This document shows positions 29,000 to 39,222 of a DNA stretch of 64,000 bases, piece by piece (position 1 is the first letter of the stretch; every line of letters starts with the position of its first letter). The DNA lies in NCBI GenBank assembly GCA_963769425.1, contig CAVYLP010000004.1, positions 64,001 through 128,000 on the forward strand, in the 5' to 3' direction. Both the position numbers and the translations under genes were made by a program. The notes beneath the pieces are model-generated. The model was not told the DNA's origin. It made no database searches and worked only from the letters and a program-made list of their open reading frames with translations. This DNA is from Candidatus Bathyarchaeota archaeon (lineage in GTDB: Archaea > Thermoproteota > Bathyarchaeia > TCS64).

Positions 29000-29749
29000 C
29001 TAGAGTGTGACCTTGAGCCAGTCGAGTACAGCCCTGATGAGGGGTATGCGATGCTCCGAGAAGCCGTGGTCGGCCCCCTCGATGAGCACCCACTTCTTCG
29101 GCTCATGCGCCTTATCGTAGAGAACCTTACAGAGGTCAGGTGGCGTAACGTCGTCCTCCGTCCCGACGACGATCATCGTCGGGGCCTTTATGGAGGAGAT
29201 GAGATTAACTGGGTTCCCTGATCCCGTGACCTCCTTTAGGTCGGCGCGTAGCTGATCCGCGGTCATCCCGTCGAGCTTACCCTTCGCCGAGCTGATGAAG
29301 TGTGGTATCACCGTCTCGAGGGCGTCCCCGCTCGTCCAGAGGCTGATGTCGCTGACTGGGGACATCAGGACGCAGGTCTTCAGGGTCGAGTCGATGCTCA
29401 TCCTCTTCGAGAGCGGGAGGGCACCCATGCTGTGGCTGACGAGGCCGACGCGGTCAGGGTCGACGCACGCCAGAGACCTCAGGTAAGCAACTGCGTCTCG
29501 GGTGCTCAGCTCCAGCTTCGTGAACCTGTAGGCCCCCTTGCTCCCCCAGGCTCCCTGGTAGTAGAAGACGAGCGTCACGATGCCGTTGAGGGCTAGCTCC
29601 TCCGCGAGGTCCATGTTCTTCGTGTCCCCGGGGTAGCCGTGGCAGATGGCCACCGCGGGGTACTTTCCCTCCGGCGCCGGCCTGTAGAGTCTACCCAGAA
29701 GGGGTATGCCATCGCTCTGGAATGAGACGTTCTCGACGACGATGCTCAT
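29000..29749 (-). CDS. Alpha/beta hydrolase, paralog 1
   Basis: CHGYPG, SHSMG, GTEDD and GADH. Confidence 0.9.
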   Translation of the reverse strand: MSIVVENVSFQSDGIPLLGRLYRPAPEGKYPAVAICHGYPGDTKNMDLAEELALNGIVTLVFYYQGAWGSKGAYRFTKLELSTRDAVAYLRSLACVDPDRVGLVSHSMGALPLSKRMSIDSTLKTCVLMSPVSDISLWTSGDALETVIPHFISSAKGKLDGMTADQLRADLKEVTGSGNPVNLISSIKAPTMIVVGTEDDVTPPDLCKVLYDKAHEPKKWVLIEGADHGFSEHRIPLIRAVLDWLKVTL

Positions 29750-29812
29750 CGGAAGGCATACCCCCGTCAACTAACTTAAATCAACCGATTGAAACTTTCA
29801 GCAGAATTTTAG

Positions 29813-30559
29813 CTAAAGGTGCTCGGAGAGCCAGTCGAGCACGGCCTTGATTAGGGGTATCCTGTGCTCCGAGTAGCCGTGGTCGGCCCCGTCGATGAGG
29901 ACCCACTTCTTCGGCTCCTTTGCCGCCTCGTAGAGCTTCTTACACGCCTCTGGTGGAGTCACTGTATCATTCGAACCCACGACGATCATGATGGGCGCCT
30001 TGATCTTGGGGGCTAGTTCGATGGGGTTCGTGTTCTTCGCGACCCATTCGAGGTCCTTCATCAGGCTCTCGTAGGTGGCTCCCTTCAGTTTTCCCTCCGC
30101 CATTGCGGCGAGCCTCTTCGCGGTTCCATCCATCTTCTCTTTGGCGGCCATCGTCGCGGTGTCGCTCGCAGGTGACATCAATACCCCTGTCTTAATGGTC
30201 GGGTCGAGGCTCATCGTCTTCGAGAGAGGCAACGCCCCCATGCTGTGGCTGACGAGGCCTACGCGCTTGGGATCAACGTATGGGAGTGTGCGGAGGTACG
30301 CGACTGCGTCCTTCGCGCCTGTTTCTAGTTTGGTCAAACTGTACTTGCCTCCGCTCCCCCAGGCTCCTTGGTAGTAGAAGACAAGCGTCACGATGCCGTT
30401 GAGGGCTAGCTCCTCCGCGAGGTCCATGTTCTTCGTGTCCCCGGGGTAGCCGTGGCAGATCGCCACCGCCGGCTTCTTCGCCCGGCCCTCTGGTATGTAG
30501 ATCCTTCCGATGAGGGTGTTGCCACCGCTCGGGAATTCGACGTTCTCATATTTCGCCAT
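29813..30559 (-). CDS. Alpha/beta hydrolase, paralog 2
   Basis: CHGYPG, SHSMG, GSNDT and GADH; tandem paralog of the neighbouring gene. Confidence 0.9.
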   Translation of the reverse strand: MAKYENVEFPSGGNTLIGRIYIPEGRAKKPAVAICHGYPGDTKNMDLAEELALNGIVTLVFYYQGAWGSGGKYSLTKLETGAKDAVAYLRTLPYVDPKRVGLVSHSMGALPLSKTMSLDPTIKTGVLMSPASDTATMAAKEKMDGTAKRLAAMAEGKLKGATYESLMKDLEWVAKNTNPIELAPKIKAPIMIVVGSNDTVTPPEACKKLYEAAKEPKKWVLIDGADHGYSEHRIPLIKAVLDWLSEHL

Positions 30560-30646
30560 GGTTGTCACCTTCACTTTCCCCCACCTCCCCATAACACCTG
30601 CGCCTCGATACTCCTATAACCCGCCGAAGGTAGTGAAACCACCAGA

Positions 30647-31990
30647 TTGGGGAAGAGGATCGCTAAGAGCTTCAAGCCCAGCAACACTTGGGTCCGGGAA
30701 CTTGTTCAATCAGACCCGGAGATAGGCGCCTCCCTCGACTACACGAGCGATCAGCTGAGACTTCAGGCTCGGGATAACCTCTGCACCGTCTGCAAGGGCT
30801 CCAAGATGCTTTGCGGCAAGACAAGGTGCCCCATCATTGAGCAGGTCGCCGCGCACACACGCATGTTCCGAAGTGTGCACGGTACGAACATAGAGGGCAG
30901 CTCTCCCCCAAGCGTCTTCGTGGGGCGATTCGGGTACCCATACGTCCAGGTGGGCCCAATGGCCCCGGGTTTCTACGGTGATACCGCCATCCTCGATGAC
31001 ACGGAGAAGTGGTTCGGAAAGAGTATGGACGAGATAATTGGCTACCGTAGCCAGCTCGTCCGAGGCATGACCCCGGTAAACGTCAACAAGCCCGAGAAGG
31101 CGGGGAAGATACTTGAAGCCACCCGGGAGATCAGCCTCGCAGAACACTACGTCGAGACTGAGATGAAGCTCCTGAAGGCACCTGTCAAGCGTCTATACAT
31201 GGACAACGACCTACAACCCATTGGCCCCACGGCGCCCCTCGACAGGGTCAACATAGGCTTCATCAAGTGGAACCAGTGGATGGAGAAGGCCCACTACGAC
31301 ACCGACCTCAAGGCGGGGCAGGCCGCGAAGACCCTCTACAAGAGCGGCGTCCCAGTCAGCAGCATAGTCAAGGCGTTCAGCACCGGCAGCTTCGGCATCG
31401 AGAAGAACAGGCGCCTCGTCCCGACGCGCTGGAGCATCACCGCAGTGGACGACCTCCTCGGCAAGGACATGATAAAGACCGTCAAGGACTACCCCCTCAT
31501 CAATATGTACGAGGTCTACGAGTCAGAGTACCTCGGCAACAGATTCGAGATACTGCTCGTCCCCGACGCGTGGTGCTACGAGGCATACGAGGCGTGGTAC
31601 CCGCGTACCCTTTGGAACCCATCGGAGACGAATGTGAACATAGTCACGGACTGGGAGGACTACGACGGGCGCACGACCTACGCCTCCATGGGCGGCTGCT
31701 ACTACTCTGGGCGCCTCGCCGTTCTTGAGTACCTAACCAAGATACGCCGCCAAGCGAAGGTCTTCATCTTCCGCGAGGCCTATCCCGACTACATCCTCCC
31801 CGTCGGCGTCTGGCAGGTCCGGGAGAACTGCAGGAACGCTATGAAGCAGATTCCACGCCTCTTCACCACAAGGGATGAGGCCCTCAGACACGTCATGTCC
31901 CGACTCACCATCCCCCTTGATAGGTGGATAGAGGCCGGACCACTCCTAAGACAGACCCTAACACAGAGGAAGATAACGGAATACGCGTGA
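30647..31990 (+). CDS. nreA: Nre family DNA repair protein with C-terminal PIP box
   Basis: CTVCKG..MLCG..RCP, GSSPPSVFVGRFGYP, RLVPTRWSITAVDD, GGCYY, and C-terminal QRKITEY. Confidence 0.9.
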   Translation: MGKRIAKSFKPSNTWVRELVQSDPEIGASLDYTSDQLRLQARDNLCTVCKGSKMLCGKTRCPIIEQVAAHTRMFRSVHGTNIEGSSPPSVFVGRFGYPYVQVGPMAPGFYGDTAILDDTEKWFGKSMDEIIGYRSQLVRGMTPVNVNKPEKAGKILEATREISLAEHYVETEMKLLKAPVKRLYMDNDLQPIGPTAPLDRVNIGFIKWNQWMEKAHYDTDLKAGQAAKTLYKSGVPVSSIVKAFSTGSFGIEKNRRLVPTRWSITAVDDLLGKDMIKTVKDYPLINMYEVYESEYLGNRFEILLVPDAWCYEAYEAWYPRTLWNPSETNVNIVTDWEDYDGRTTYASMGGCYYSGRLAVLEYLTKIRRQAKVFIFREAYPDYILPVGVWQVRENCRNAMKQIPRLFTTRDEALRHVMSRLTIPLDRWIEAGPLLRQTLTQRKITEYA

Positions 31991-32255
31991 CATATTCAAT
32001 TCATCACTGGACGGTTTTATATCCCTCAACAAGGAGCAGACTTTCGCTTCTCGTTAAGCCTCTTCTCAGGCTCCTCAAGGAGAGATCTGGGAGCATACTC
32101 GTATCGAGTATCGTCCACGGATTACCCAACGCCATTGGAGAAGTTGCAAACTTCATCCTATGGCTAGGTCTTCAGATTAATGATGGGGCTGGGTGCACCT
32201 GCCCGCCCCCCCTGTGCATTTTTAAGCCCCCGGATGAGCCACATATGGTAGGCTA

Positions 32256-33794
32256 GTGAGATCTTTGAACCCCGAAGAAGTCGCATCGAGGCTTAACGAG
32301 AACGAGAGGAAGATACTAGTCGCTCTAGGGGGTGGCGGTGCTTCCTCCACGACCGCCCTTAGCCAGGCCACTGGCCTCGGCAGGGACGCCGTCGAGAAGG
32401 CCTCCGCTTGGGCGGAGACAAAGGGCGTCGTCAGCTTCAGGGAGGAGGTCTCACGGTTCTTTAGACTCACAAAGGAGGGGCAGAAGTACGCAGACGAGGG
32501 GCTCCCCGAGAAGCAGCTCATAGAGGCCGCGGCGGGAGGCGACAACGAGTTGTCACACCTCAAGGGGGACATCCCCGCAATCAACATCGCCCTCGTCTGG
32601 GTCCGCAGCAACGACTGGGCAACAATAAAGGGCGGGAGGGTCGAGCCAACCCCCGAGGGCGTAAAGGCGGCGAAGTCGGAGACTGTCGACGAGAAGATAC
32701 TAAAGCGCCTCGCACAGGGAATGATCCCAGAGGGCAAACTCGGAGCGGAACTCGCCGCCCATATCCCGGTCCTCGCGAAGCGTGGTCTCGTCGAGGTCAA
32801 GGATGAGACGGAGCGCTTCGTGGAGCTCACTCTGTTTGGTGTCGAGGTGCTTCCATTCGTCGAGGCGATTGCCTCGAGGCCAGTGATCACTCAGATCACA
32901 CCTGAAGTGCTCCAGTCGGGCGCGTGGCGCGATGCCGTCATCCAGCATTACGACGTCAACCTTCCAGTACCGAACCTAACCCCGGGTAAGCGCCACTTCA
33001 TCAGTCAGATTATCGACTATATCCGCCGATTCTGGGTCGAGCTCGGATTCAAGGAGATGAAGGGTCACTACCTGGAGCTCAGCTTCTGGAACTTCGACGC
33101 TCTCTATCAGCCGCAGGACCACCCCGCCAGGGACCTCGCCGATACCTTCTACATGAAGACCCCTTACAGGGGCAGGCTCCCCGGGGGGAAACTCGTTGAG
33201 CAGGTTAAAGCGACCCATGAGAACGGCTGGACCACCGGCTCCACGGGCTGGCAGTACAAGTGGAACCCTGAGCTCGCGAGCCGCTGCGTCCTCAGGACTC
33301 ACACCACTAGCCTAAGCGTCCTCCAGCTCAGCAAGCTCAAGCCAGAGGACCTACCGGGGAAGTTCTTCAGTGTCGGCCGCGTCTTCCGCAACGAGGCGAT
33401 CGACTGGAACCACCTCGCCGAGTTCTACCAGACCGACGGCATAGTCGTCGGCGAGGACGTGACCTTCCGTGACATGCAGGGTTACCTCAAGGCGTACCTC
33501 GAGGGGCTGGGGCTGAAGAAGTTCAGGTTCCGCCCCGGGTACTTCCCCTACACAGAGATGAGCATGGAGGCGGAGGTCTGGATCGAGGAGCGCGGCGGCT
33601 GGATGGAGCTATTCGGCGCGGGGATGTTCCGCCCCGAGGTCGTCAAGCCACTGCTCGGTGTCGACGTACCCGTCCTCGCCTGGGGCCCCGGCTTCGACAG
33701 GCTCGTCATGCAGAGCTACCACGTAGACACGATCAAGGAGCTATACGGGAACGACATCGGGCTTCTCCGGAAGGCGAAGCTCTGGACGAGGTGA
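32256..33794 (+). CDS. pheS: Phenylalanine-tRNA ligase alpha subunit (archaeal type)
   Basis: FWNFDAL.QPQDHPARD, LRTHTT, FRNE and FPYTE. Confidence 0.97.
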   Translation: MRSLNPEEVASRLNENERKILVALGGGGASSTTALSQATGLGRDAVEKASAWAETKGVVSFREEVSRFFRLTKEGQKYADEGLPEKQLIEAAAGGDNELSHLKGDIPAINIALVWVRSNDWATIKGGRVEPTPEGVKAAKSETVDEKILKRLAQGMIPEGKLGAELAAHIPVLAKRGLVEVKDETERFVELTLFGVEVLPFVEAIASRPVITQITPEVLQSGAWRDAVIQHYDVNLPVPNLTPGKRHFISQIIDYIRRFWVELGFKEMKGHYLELSFWNFDALYQPQDHPARDLADTFYMKTPYRGRLPGGKLVEQVKATHENGWTTGSTGWQYKWNPELASRCVLRTHTTSLSVLQLSKLKPEDLPGKFFSVGRVFRNEAIDWNHLAEFYQTDGIVVGEDVTFRDMQGYLKAYLEGLGLKKFRFRPGYFPYTEMSMEAEVWIEERGGWMELFGAGMFRPEVVKPLLGVDVPVLAWGPGFDRLVMQSYHVDTIKELYGNDIGLLRKAKLWTR

Positions 33795-33799
33795 ATTAG

Positions 33800-35461
33800 A
33801 TGCCGGTAATTAATGTCAATCTAGCGGACCTCCGCGAGGTGCTCGGCAGGGATGTTCCGCTCGAGGAGCTTCAGGAGAAGCTACCGATGATGGGGACGAG
33901 CTGGGAGGGGCCGCACGAGGAGGGGTTCGCGCTAGAGATCTTCCCCAACCGCCCCGACCTGATGAGCACGGAGGGGCTCGCCCGCGCGTACGCGAGCTTC
34001 ACGGGCGAGAAGCCGGGGTTACGCCACTATAAGGTCAGGGACGCATCGTACGTCGCCGTCGTAGATGAGAAGACGCAGAAAATACGCCCATTCTTCGTCT
34101 GCGCTGTAGCGAAGGGCGTTGACTTCAGTGACTCACTCATACGCAGCATAATTCAGCTACAGGAGAAGCTCCACATCACACACGGGAGGAAGAGGCGAAA
34201 GGTCGCCATTGGGCTCCACAACCTGAAGCCGGTTCAGTTCCCCGTCACCTACACTACTAAGCCCCCGGAGTTCAAGTTCAGGCCACTCGGGGAGCGCTTC
34301 GACAAGGACCTCAAGTGGATGCTGACGGAGATGCCGAAGGGGGTCGAGTACGCTTGGATATTGGAGGGGGCGGAAGAGTACCCGATGATAATGGACGCGA
34401 AGGGGATGGTGCTCTCGATGCCGCCGATCATAAACGGTGAGTATACGCGCATTGACGAGGCGACCCGGGACATCTTCATCGACATCACGGGCACCGACAT
34501 GAAGGCGATAACGGAGACCCTTAACATCATCTGTACGACATTCGCGGATAGGGGCGCCGAGATATACAGCGTCGAGGTCATGTACCCCGATAAGGCCATC
34601 AAGACCCCGGACCTCAGCCCCCGGAAGTGGAGGCTCAGCAACAACTACATCAACAAGACCCTCGGGATCAAGCTAGGCCACGCGGAGACGGTGATGCTAC
34701 TCGGGAAGATGGGGCACGGCGCCGAGGTTGTGGGCGACGAGATAGATGTCTACGTCCCCTGTTACCGCACCGACATAATGCACCCCATAGACCTAGTCGA
34801 GGACGTCGCCATCGCCTACGGTTACGACAAGTTCGTCCCGAACATACCGCCGATCCACACGAAGGCGGGGGAGGACGAGCTAGAGATATTCAGCAGGTAC
34901 ATCCGCAACTTCCTCATAGGCTTCGGCCACATGGAGGTCGTCACCTTCATGCTGAGCAACAGGGAGAAGCTCTTTGCCAAGATGAATATCGCCGAGGAGT
35001 CGGTGGCGGAGGTGGAGAACCCGAAGATGGAGGGCTATAACGTCCTCCGCAACAGGCTCCTACCTAGCCTCATGGAGGTACTGAGTGTGAACAAGCATCA
35101 CCCGTACCCTCAGAGCCTCTACGAGGTGGATGACGTGATCCTACTCGATGACAAAACGGACATCGGTGCAAGGAGTGCGCGCCGCCTGGCTGTGGTCCAG
35201 TGCCACGCGAAGGCGAGCTTCAGCGACATTAAGGCGATGATGAACTCGATCCTCGAGAACCTCGAGGTTAGGGCAGAGGTGGAGGCGGGTGGCTGGGACT
35301 GCTTCGTCGATGGTAGGAGGCTGGTCGCGAGCGTGAACGGGGAGCCACTCTGCTGGGCGGGGGAGATCAGGCCGGAGAGCCTTGAGGCGTGGGGGCTTGA
35401 GATGCCCGTGGTCGCCCTTGAGATGGATGTCGAGCTCCTCAAGAGGGTCGTTAAATCTTAG
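33800..35461 (+). CDS. pheT: Phenylalanine-tRNA ligase beta subunit
   Basis: NRPDL, QEKLH...GRKR, SMPPIING and YRTDIMHPIDLVEDVAIAYGY. Confidence 0.97.
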   Translation: MPVINVNLADLREVLGRDVPLEELQEKLPMMGTSWEGPHEEGFALEIFPNRPDLMSTEGLARAYASFTGEKPGLRHYKVRDASYVAVVDEKTQKIRPFFVCAVAKGVDFSDSLIRSIIQLQEKLHITHGRKRRKVAIGLHNLKPVQFPVTYTTKPPEFKFRPLGERFDKDLKWMLTEMPKGVEYAWILEGAEEYPMIMDAKGMVLSMPPIINGEYTRIDEATRDIFIDITGTDMKAITETLNIICTTFADRGAEIYSVEVMYPDKAIKTPDLSPRKWRLSNNYINKTLGIKLGHAETVMLLGKMGHGAEVVGDEIDVYVPCYRTDIMHPIDLVEDVAIAYGYDKFVPNIPPIHTKAGEDELEIFSRYIRNFLIGFGHMEVVTFMLSNREKLFAKMNIAEESVAEVENPKMEGYNVLRNRLLPSLMEVLSVNKHHPYPQSLYEVDDVILLDDKTDIGARSARRLAVVQCHAKASFSDIKAMMNSILENLEVRAEVEAGGWDCFVDGRRLVASVNGEPLCWAGEIRPESLEAWGLEMPVVALEMDVELLKRVVKS

Positions 35462-35966
35462 GTTTCTTCGCCTTCTCCACTATTTCGTTTATGAACTCTG
35501 TCTTTCCGTCTGTGTAGGCGACCCTGTCGTTTCGGTACTTCACGGCGAGTCTGGTCTTCAACTCCCTGTAGGCTTCGGCGTCGGCTGGGTGGGTTCGTAG
35601 CCAGTCTCGGAAGAGGATGTGTTTGAGGTGGTGGGGGCTCCCCTCCCTGACGAGGTGTAGATGGAAGCCGGGGACGTGGGTGGTTTTTGCTAGGCAGTAG
35701 TACCAGTCGGGGTTGTCCCCCGTTGAGGCGTCATCATATCCGAGGGGCTTGAGGAGCGCCCTGCACTTCTCGGCGTCGTCTCGCCCGTCTACGCCGGCGA
35801 TGATGTCGATGATGGGTTTCGCCCAGAGGCCTGGGACGCTAGTGCTCCCGACGTGTTCGAGAGAACGTATAATCCCGCCGACCGTTCCTTGGATGAGCTT
35901 GCTCTCCTCCTCGTAGATCCTCGGCCACGCGAGGTCGTAGGGGGCGATGACGACGGGTCTGGGCAT
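35451..35966 (-). CDS. GrpB family protein
   Basis: EHVGSTSVPGL.AKPIIDI, FRDWLR and Y..GKTEFI. Confidence 0.92.
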   Translation of the reverse strand: MPRPVVIAPYDLAWPRIYEEESKLIQGTVGGIIRSLEHVGSTSVPGLWAKPIIDIIAGVDGRDDAEKCRALLKPLGYDDASTGDNPDWYYCLAKTTHVPGFHLHLVREGSPHHLKHILFRDWLRTHPADAEAYRELKTRLAVKYRNDRVAYTDGKTEFINEIVEKAKKPKI

Positions 35967-36025
35967 GGTTGCCAGTATCCTTGGTTCTCTTTTATAGCTC
36001 TTGGCGCAATATTCAGGGGATCGAT

Positions 36026-36907
36026 TTGGGTGAGAGACCCGTTGTCCCGCCGAACCTTGTGCTGCTGGTTAGCATAGTGGCGGTCTCAACGGCCTCCGTC
36101 CTGATCCGGTTGACGGCTGCGCCACCGATGGCCATCGCGACGTGGCGCCTCGCCCTCTCGACGCTGATGCTGCTGCCCTTCTTTCTGGGTCGCGGCGGGG
36201 TCTCGAAGCTGCGATCCATGGGGAGGGGTGACCTACTTATGCTGGTCGGGGTAGGATTCGTCCTCGCCGTCCACTTCGCGACGTGGATCACGAGCCTGAG
36301 CCTCACTTCGGTGGCGAGTTCGGTGATCTTCGTCCACGTGGACCCAATCTTCGTGGCGGTTGTGAGCCACTTCCTCCTCGGGGAGAGGGTGAGCAGGCGC
36401 GTCGCATTGGGCATTGGAGTCGCCTTCGTGGGGGCGTCGATTATTGCCGTCGGTGACATGGGCCTCGGCGGGGGTAATCTGATGGGGGATGCGTTATCAC
36501 TCATCGGCGCGATCGCGCTTGGAGTCTACATCTTGGCGGGGAGGAGGCTCAGGCAGAGGCTCGACCTGACAACGTACGTCACGCCGGTGTACGCGGTCTC
36601 GGCGATCGTGCTTGCTTTTGGGAGCTTCGTCGTCGGGGCTCCGCTTGTAGGTTACGACTCGGGTGTGTTCCTGATGTTCTTCGCCATCGCCCTAGTCCCG
36701 ATGATATTCGGGCATACCCTCTACAACTGGGCGTTGAAGTGGATAACGGCACCAGTGGTGAGCATCAGCCTCCTCGGGGAGCCCGTTGGGGCCTCGATAC
36801 TCGCGTTCTTTATCCTCGGAGAGTCCCCAGGCGTCCTCACGCTCGTCGGCGGGGCCGTGACGCTGGTGGGGATACTCGTCTGCGCCTACCAACCCGCGAG
36901 TAAGTAA
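36026..36907 (+). CDS. DMT/EamA family transporter
   Basis: About 10 TM segments; HFATWITSL..TSVASS, FGHTLYNWAL and LGEPVGA. Confidence 0.9.
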   Translation: MGERPVVPPNLVLLVSIVAVSTASVLIRLTAAPPMAIATWRLALSTLMLLPFFLGRGGVSKLRSMGRGDLLMLVGVGFVLAVHFATWITSLSLTSVASSVIFVHVDPIFVAVVSHFLLGERVSRRVALGIGVAFVGASIIAVGDMGLGGGNLMGDALSLIGAIALGVYILAGRRLRQRLDLTTYVTPVYAVSAIVLAFGSFVVGAPLVGYDSGVFLMFFAIALVPMIFGHTLYNWALKWITAPVVSISLLGEPVGASILAFFILGESPGVLTLVGGAVTLVGILVCAYQPASK

Positions 36908-36972
36908 ATATTCAGCGCATCGGGAGTGGGAAACGAAATAAACTCTGTTGTGTTTAGATACCTCGATCGTTA

Positions 36973-37899
36973 ATGGTGTTCAAGGGCAAGTTCAAGGGCA
37001 TACTCTGTCTCCCCGTCACCCCGCTAGTCTCAGGTGGGGACAGTATCGATGAGGAGGCGATGCGCCGCATCGTCGACGTAATAATCGAGGATGGAGCCGA
37101 CGCACTAGTCCCAGTGGGTGCAACGGGCGAGTTTCCCTACCTCCTCCACGAGGAGAGGAAGAGGGTCATCGACATCACCGTTGACCAGGCGAACGGGCGC
37201 GTCCCCGTCATCGCCGGGACAGGTGCGCTCTCGACGAAGGAGGCCAGGATGTTCACACAGTACGCGAAGGACGTTGGCTGCGCCGGCGTCCTGCTCAGCC
37301 ATCCCCTCATGGTGCGGGCAAACGACCACGAGACCTACCACCACTTCGAGGCTATAGCCACGAAGGTGGACATACCTATCATTCTCTACAACAACCCCGG
37401 CTTCGGCGCCTCGATAAGCCCGAGCGTCGTCGCCCGCCTAGCCGAGAACTTCGACAACGTCGTCGGCTACAAGGAGGACGACTTCTTCAGCCTACGCTAC
37501 TCGGACATCATCTGGAGGGTACGCGAGAAGATCGCCGTCTACACGGGCAGCCCATCCGCCTACCTCGCCTTCCTCGCGCAGGGGGCAACGGGCGCACTCA
37601 TCGCCGAGTTCCAGGCCTTCCCCCATATAATGCTCGGCCTCAAGAACGCGTGGGAGAAGAAGGACATGAAGAAGGCCCTCTACTACCACGAGTTAATCGT
37701 GAAGATGTTCAACATCATCGACACCAACTTCGGCTCCGCGAGCTTCTGGGGCAGGTACAAGGCGATCTGGAGGCTCAGGGGGGTCGACATGGAGCTGGAT
37801 GTAAGGGACCCATGCACCCCGGTGACGCCGGAGCAGCTCGAGAAGGCGGCCCCGGAGTTCATGAAGCTCGACATCGAGAAGACTTGGTTCATGGGCTAG
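36973..37899 (+). CDS. Dihydrodipicolinate synthase family class I aldolase
   Basis: VTP, GATGEF, LYNNP and GYKE. Confidence 0.9.
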   Translation: MVFKGKFKGILCLPVTPLVSGGDSIDEEAMRRIVDVIIEDGADALVPVGATGEFPYLLHEERKRVIDITVDQANGRVPVIAGTGALSTKEARMFTQYAKDVGCAGVLLSHPLMVRANDHETYHHFEAIATKVDIPIILYNNPGFGASISPSVVARLAENFDNVVGYKEDDFFSLRYSDIIWRVREKIAVYTGSPSAYLAFLAQGATGALIAEFQAFPHIMLGLKNAWEKKDMKKALYYHELIVKMFNIIDTNFGSASFWGRYKAIWRLRGVDMELDVRDPCTPVTPEQLEKAAPEFMKLDIEKTWFMG

Positions 37900-37953
37900 A
37901 CGCGGTCCGGGGAACCTTTCATATTCCCTGACCTCCCTTTTTCTTAGATCAAC

Positions 37954-39168
37954 ATGGCTGATGTCAAGATTCTAAAGGAGAAGGTCAAGGGCGAGGTGGA
38001 CGCGATTCTCCCCCGCCTCGTCGAGATGAGCGACTGGATAGGCAAGCACCCCGAGCTCGGCAGCGAGGAGGTTGAATCGTCGAAGTTCCTAGCCGCTGAG
38101 CTAAAGAAGCACGGCTTCAAGGTTGAGATGGGTGTCCAGGGGATGCCCACGGCATTCAAGGCGGTGATGAAGGGCAAGGGGAAGGGCCCCACGATCGCCT
38201 TCCTCTGCGAGTACGACGCCCTGCCAGGCATCGGGCACGGCTGCGGTCACAACATCATAGGCACATCCGGCCTCGGCGCAGGCATCGCGGTCTCCAAGCT
38301 GATGAAGGATATGCCCGGGGAGCTCTGGGTCGTCGGCACCCCCGCGGAGGAGGGGCACGGCCCGAGCAGCAGCGCCAAGAAGAAGATGGCGGAGGCCGGC
38401 TTCTTCAAGGGCGTCGACGCGGTTATGATGATCCACCCGATGGGTAACAGCAAGATGACGGTGGCGACGGGCTTCCTCGCCATCACAGGCATCAACATCG
38501 TCTTCTCTGGCAGGACGGCGCACGCCGCCGCAGACCCCTACAACGGACTGAACGCACTCAACGCCGCGGTCCTATGCTACATGGCCATACACGCCAACAG
38601 GCAGCAGTTGAAGCGTGGAGCCAACCCCGTCGTCCACGGCATCATAACCGAGGGGGGCCTCGCCAACAACATCATCCCCGATCGCGCCGTCATGCAGTTC
38701 GGCGTACGCAGCAGCGACGACTCCTACATCCCCACGCTTGTGGAGATGGTGGAGAACTCCGCCAAGGGTGCCGCCATCGCCACCGGTTGCGAGGTTAAGG
38801 TCACAGTCAGCCCCGGCCTCAAGTCAAACGTCAGGAACCCACCGCTCGAGAAGCTCTTCGTCAAAGAGTTCAAGGAACTGGGCGTCGAGGCGGAAGACCC
38901 CGACTACACAGCGGCGCAGCCTCCGGGCGGTAGCACCGACTTCACCGACCTCAGCCACGTCGTCCCCGGAATGCATGCAATGGTCGGCTTCACCAAGGCT
39001 GAAGTATCTGGGCACAGTCGTGAACTCTGCGCCGCCACGATGACTGAGGAGGGACACAGGGGCATCGAGATAGGCGCGAAGGTCCTCGCCCTCGCCGGCG
39101 TCGAGGTCCTCTCAGATGCGAAGCTGCGCGCCGAAATCAAGGAAGCCTTCGACAAGGCGAAGAAGTGA
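37954..39168 (+). CDS. M20 family amidohydrolase
   Basis: HPELG.EE, EYDALP..GHGCGHN, GTPAEEG and GSTD. Confidence 0.92.
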   Translation: MADVKILKEKVKGEVDAILPRLVEMSDWIGKHPELGSEEVESSKFLAAELKKHGFKVEMGVQGMPTAFKAVMKGKGKGPTIAFLCEYDALPGIGHGCGHNIIGTSGLGAGIAVSKLMKDMPGELWVVGTPAEEGHGPSSSAKKKMAEAGFFKGVDAVMMIHPMGNSKMTVATGFLAITGINIVFSGRTAHAAADPYNGLNALNAAVLCYMAIHANRQQLKRGANPVVHGIITEGGLANNIIPDRAVMQFGVRSSDDSYIPTLVEMVENSAKGAAIATGCEVKVTVSPGLKSNVRNPPLEKLFVKEFKELGVEAEDPDYTAAQPPGGSTDFTDLSHVVPGMHAMVGFTKAEVSGHSRELCAATMTEEGHRGIEIGAKVLALAGVEVLSDAKLRAEIKEAFDKAKK

Positions 39169-39222
39169 CCCCAGATCAGCCCCCAAACCCTAAATACGCT
39201 CCGGCTCAACCTAGTTGAACCG

